From the NCBI GenBank assembly GCA_038496445.1, contig JALMLS010000130.1, positions 128,606 to 192,605 on the forward strand: 64,000 nt of DNA, read 5' to 3'. Numbering within the stretch: the stretch's first letter is position 1; every line of letters begins with the position of its first letter. The translations under genes and the position numbers were made by a program. This stretch comes from Trichosphaerium sp. ATCC 40318 (Eukaryota; Protista; Tubulinea). This document shows, in pieces, positions 61,791 to 64,000 of the stretch. The notes below the pieces were generated by a model that was not told where the DNA came from, did not search any database, and saw nothing but the letters and a program-made list of their open reading frames with translations.

Positions 61791-62243
61791 TCATTCCAAC
61801 TTAGGTTGAAGCTTTGCAAACTCTGCGGACCACATTGCTCTCTTCATAGCGCTTTCAAAAGCGCCTTTACCTTCATGGCAGTATTTGGCGCATTTTTTGG
61901 CAACTTCGTATTGATTGTCTTTCCATGCCGCTCTTACAATAGCTACAGACAAAACAATAAGCATGGGAATAAAAAAAGAAACAGGTAAACAAAATAACTT
62001 GATCCTTCAATCCACAAACTCAGGACCCTTTTCTACACCAAAAAACTATTACAAATTGTTTCCTACAAACGTACTATCGCATTGTTTGGCTGAAAGGCTA
62101 ACTTTTTGTTGTGCGAGAGCTTGCTTGGCAAAGTCCTTTTGTTGTGCTTTCCAAGCCTTCTTAAAGTGGGTAAGTATGGCTTTAAGGTCAGCAGCGCTTG
62201 CTTTCCTCATGCCAGATTCTATTTTCTTTCCTACGCGTGTCAT
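61791..62243 (-). CDS. Small basic Lys/Ala-rich protein, 2 exons, function unknown
   Basis: MTRVGKK...QCD|TIVRAAWKDNQYEVAKKCAKYCHEGKG...LQPKLE*, joined by a GTACGT...TGTAG intron. Confidence 0.7.
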
Positions 62244-62334
62244 ATTGCTTGAGTTGTTTTATGGTGGTTGTTTGTAAATTATGATTGTACAGCAAGAATT
62301 TACTAGACTTTTTTTAGACTTTACAGTAAAACAC

Positions 62335-62800
62335 TTACCGTAAAGTATATTCGCTCTTCTTCCTGTTACAGCTATTTGTTGTTTGGACCGCATGGCCCTG
62401 GCCTGTAATATGTGTTTTTAAAAAAAATTCTGTATTGCGAAAATTGGTATCACAAAAATGTGCCATGCTAAATGCATCACATGTGTAAGGATATCCATAG
62501 CAATACCTGATACATTGAATTGATTGTTTGTTAATGTAGGGAAAAAAAATATCTATGTAAGTACTTTTGGCGCAAACGCTATTGACATGTGTATTGTTAC
62601 AATTGATCACAGTGGTATTACTATATCATATACCCTGTTTTAAACAAGAAAAGTGTAGAACATCGTGTATAACATCAGTGTAGATTAGTAAACTGATGTC
62701 TTTCAACAAAACTCATTCAACAAACTCCCATATATGAGCCACTCTATTGTGAAGTTAGTTTTCAATAACAACCTGCGAAGCTATTAAACACAACCATTTA
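62335..62800 (-). pseudogene. Degenerate ankyrin-repeat-like coding relic
   Basis: CIRYCYGYPYTCDAFSMAH..TNFRNTEFFL loosely resembles GCPW-type ankyrin repeats; in-frame stops lie upstream. Confidence 0.25.
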
Positions 62801-63285
62801 AACCTTCTCAAAGAGACAAATACAAAAATGATAACATGCGCAATGAGGATGACTTTGCTAAAAAAACACTTAAAAAAGTAAAATATTAAACTCTTTTTTA
62901 CAGTTGTTGTAGACTACATCACTGTATGTGAATACATAATACATGAACGTAGGTATTCACAATATGTATGGCTACTATGCACTCAAGCGTCAAACATTAA
63001 AAACGATTTTCAAGAGTGTAAATAATTTTGTTTTAAAAGTGGAGTGCTTACATAATATAGCTCTACTTCATGTGAGCATAAAAGTAGAAATTCATGTGCG
63101 TGCTACAAATCGGGAGTGGCCTTTTAAGAGTACGCTTAACGTTACAATAAAATACCATTACAGGTCAATTTCAATGCAAACTTGTAAGCTTGATCACTCA
63201 AATGTAAAATCAAGCAAGATATAAAACAAGCTTGTAAAAGGTACACTGGTTTTAATTGTTTTCCTCCCTTATTATTACGTACAAA

Positions 63286-64000
63286 TCAGATATTATTAGA
63301 TCGTATTCCTTCACGTATTTCAGCCATCATATTAAACATAAAATGAAGATTATTGAGACTTAGTATCATAGCACCAAGAGGTTCTTTGTTTTTAAACAAA
63401 TAATGGACATAGCTATTAAGTTAACTTAGCACTTAAACAGTTACAACAACAGCTACTAAAAAAAGTAAATCATGTACCCATAAGAGTACTCTGATATCTC
63501 AGGACAGTCTGGGTTAATACTTTTATCAAACATGTGCCTAATGTTATGTGTAAGGGAAAGAAAAAGTTAAAATACTAAAAGACTAGTTCTCTAAACAACA
63601 ATAATTACCTAAACTTCTGGTTTGTTATATGAACGAGGCCATCCCTATAGTCTTCGCTTAGCTCAAACACAACTTTACATTATAACTGTGTACCTTGTTG
63701 TAAGTTGTCCACAACGAGCTGCTCGCGTTGGATAAGCAGAATCGAATGTATCTGTTGTAAGTTAATGTTAATATTAACATGTAGACTTTAGTAGTTTTAC
63801 CAATTCCATATTTAGCGCTTCTTAGTATGTTGCTAGTATCTCCAATACCTATACGCATATAAACATTCAATAGTAATTTCTTGATTACAACTGATTGTAA
63901 CAAAAAACAGTGGTGTACCGAGTAGATGGACAGGTTTTCCTCGAGGTAGAATTGTTGACAAGAAGCCTAATCAAAAATATTGAGTTTTCATGGTCTTTTA
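63286..64000 (-). CDS. tgt: tRNA-guanine/queuine transglycosylase (TGT), C-terminal part
   Basis: LPRGKPVHLLGIGDTSNILRSAKYGIDTFDSAYPTRAARCG...YVHYLFKNKEPLGAMILSLNNLHFMFNMMAEIREGI, across five GT-AG introns. Confidence 0.92.

Noticed and set aside
1-64000. Alternative genetic code (stop reassignment, or ACA recoding suggested by the odd tRNA)
   Set aside because: In-frame stops resolve as introns; TAA, TAG and TGA all terminate genes; ACA encodes the conserved Walker A Thr of the ABC transporter.
1-64000. AT-AC U12 introns
   Set aside because: The ATATCC/GGATAT occurrences I checked were exonic, intergenic or on the wrong strand.

Overview
AT-rich (roughly one-third GC by eye), gene-dense eukaryotic nuclear DNA, probably from an amoeboid protist (taxon not determinable here). 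It uses the standard genetic code and has many short (mostly 40-130 nt) spliceosomal introns, so the ORF track fragments most genes. Hand-splicing gives about 24 protein genes: cullin (3' part), five secreted/surface proteins (three with Pro/Thr mucin stalks), a BK/Slo-type K+ channel, a coiled-coil protein, a PH-domain protein, three F-box+MORN paralogues (one disrupted), a half-size ABCB transporter, a PA-domain multi-TM receptor, an MBD4-type glycosylase, a UBL+F-box protein, an HpcH/HpaI aldolase, spastizin/ZFYVE26, a DTW-domain protein, a BAHD-type transferase, an F-box+SPRY protein, two unknowns and a tRNA-guanine transglycosylase (3' part). There is also one aberrant tRNA gene, orphan gene fragments and hAT-like termini. 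Most notable: (1) an MBD4 with reversed domain order (glycosylase N-terminal, methyl-CpG-binding domain C-terminal) that the ORF track does not show; (2) strong CACGTG over-representation; (3) U12-type and GC-AG introns; (4) a multi-hairpin intron with a repeated loop motif; (5) a shared uncharacterised juxtamembrane module on three otherwise different surface proteins; (6) several bacterial-like enzymes with lost catalytic or metal ligands. All splicing, motif matches and counts were done by eye; no database searches were run.
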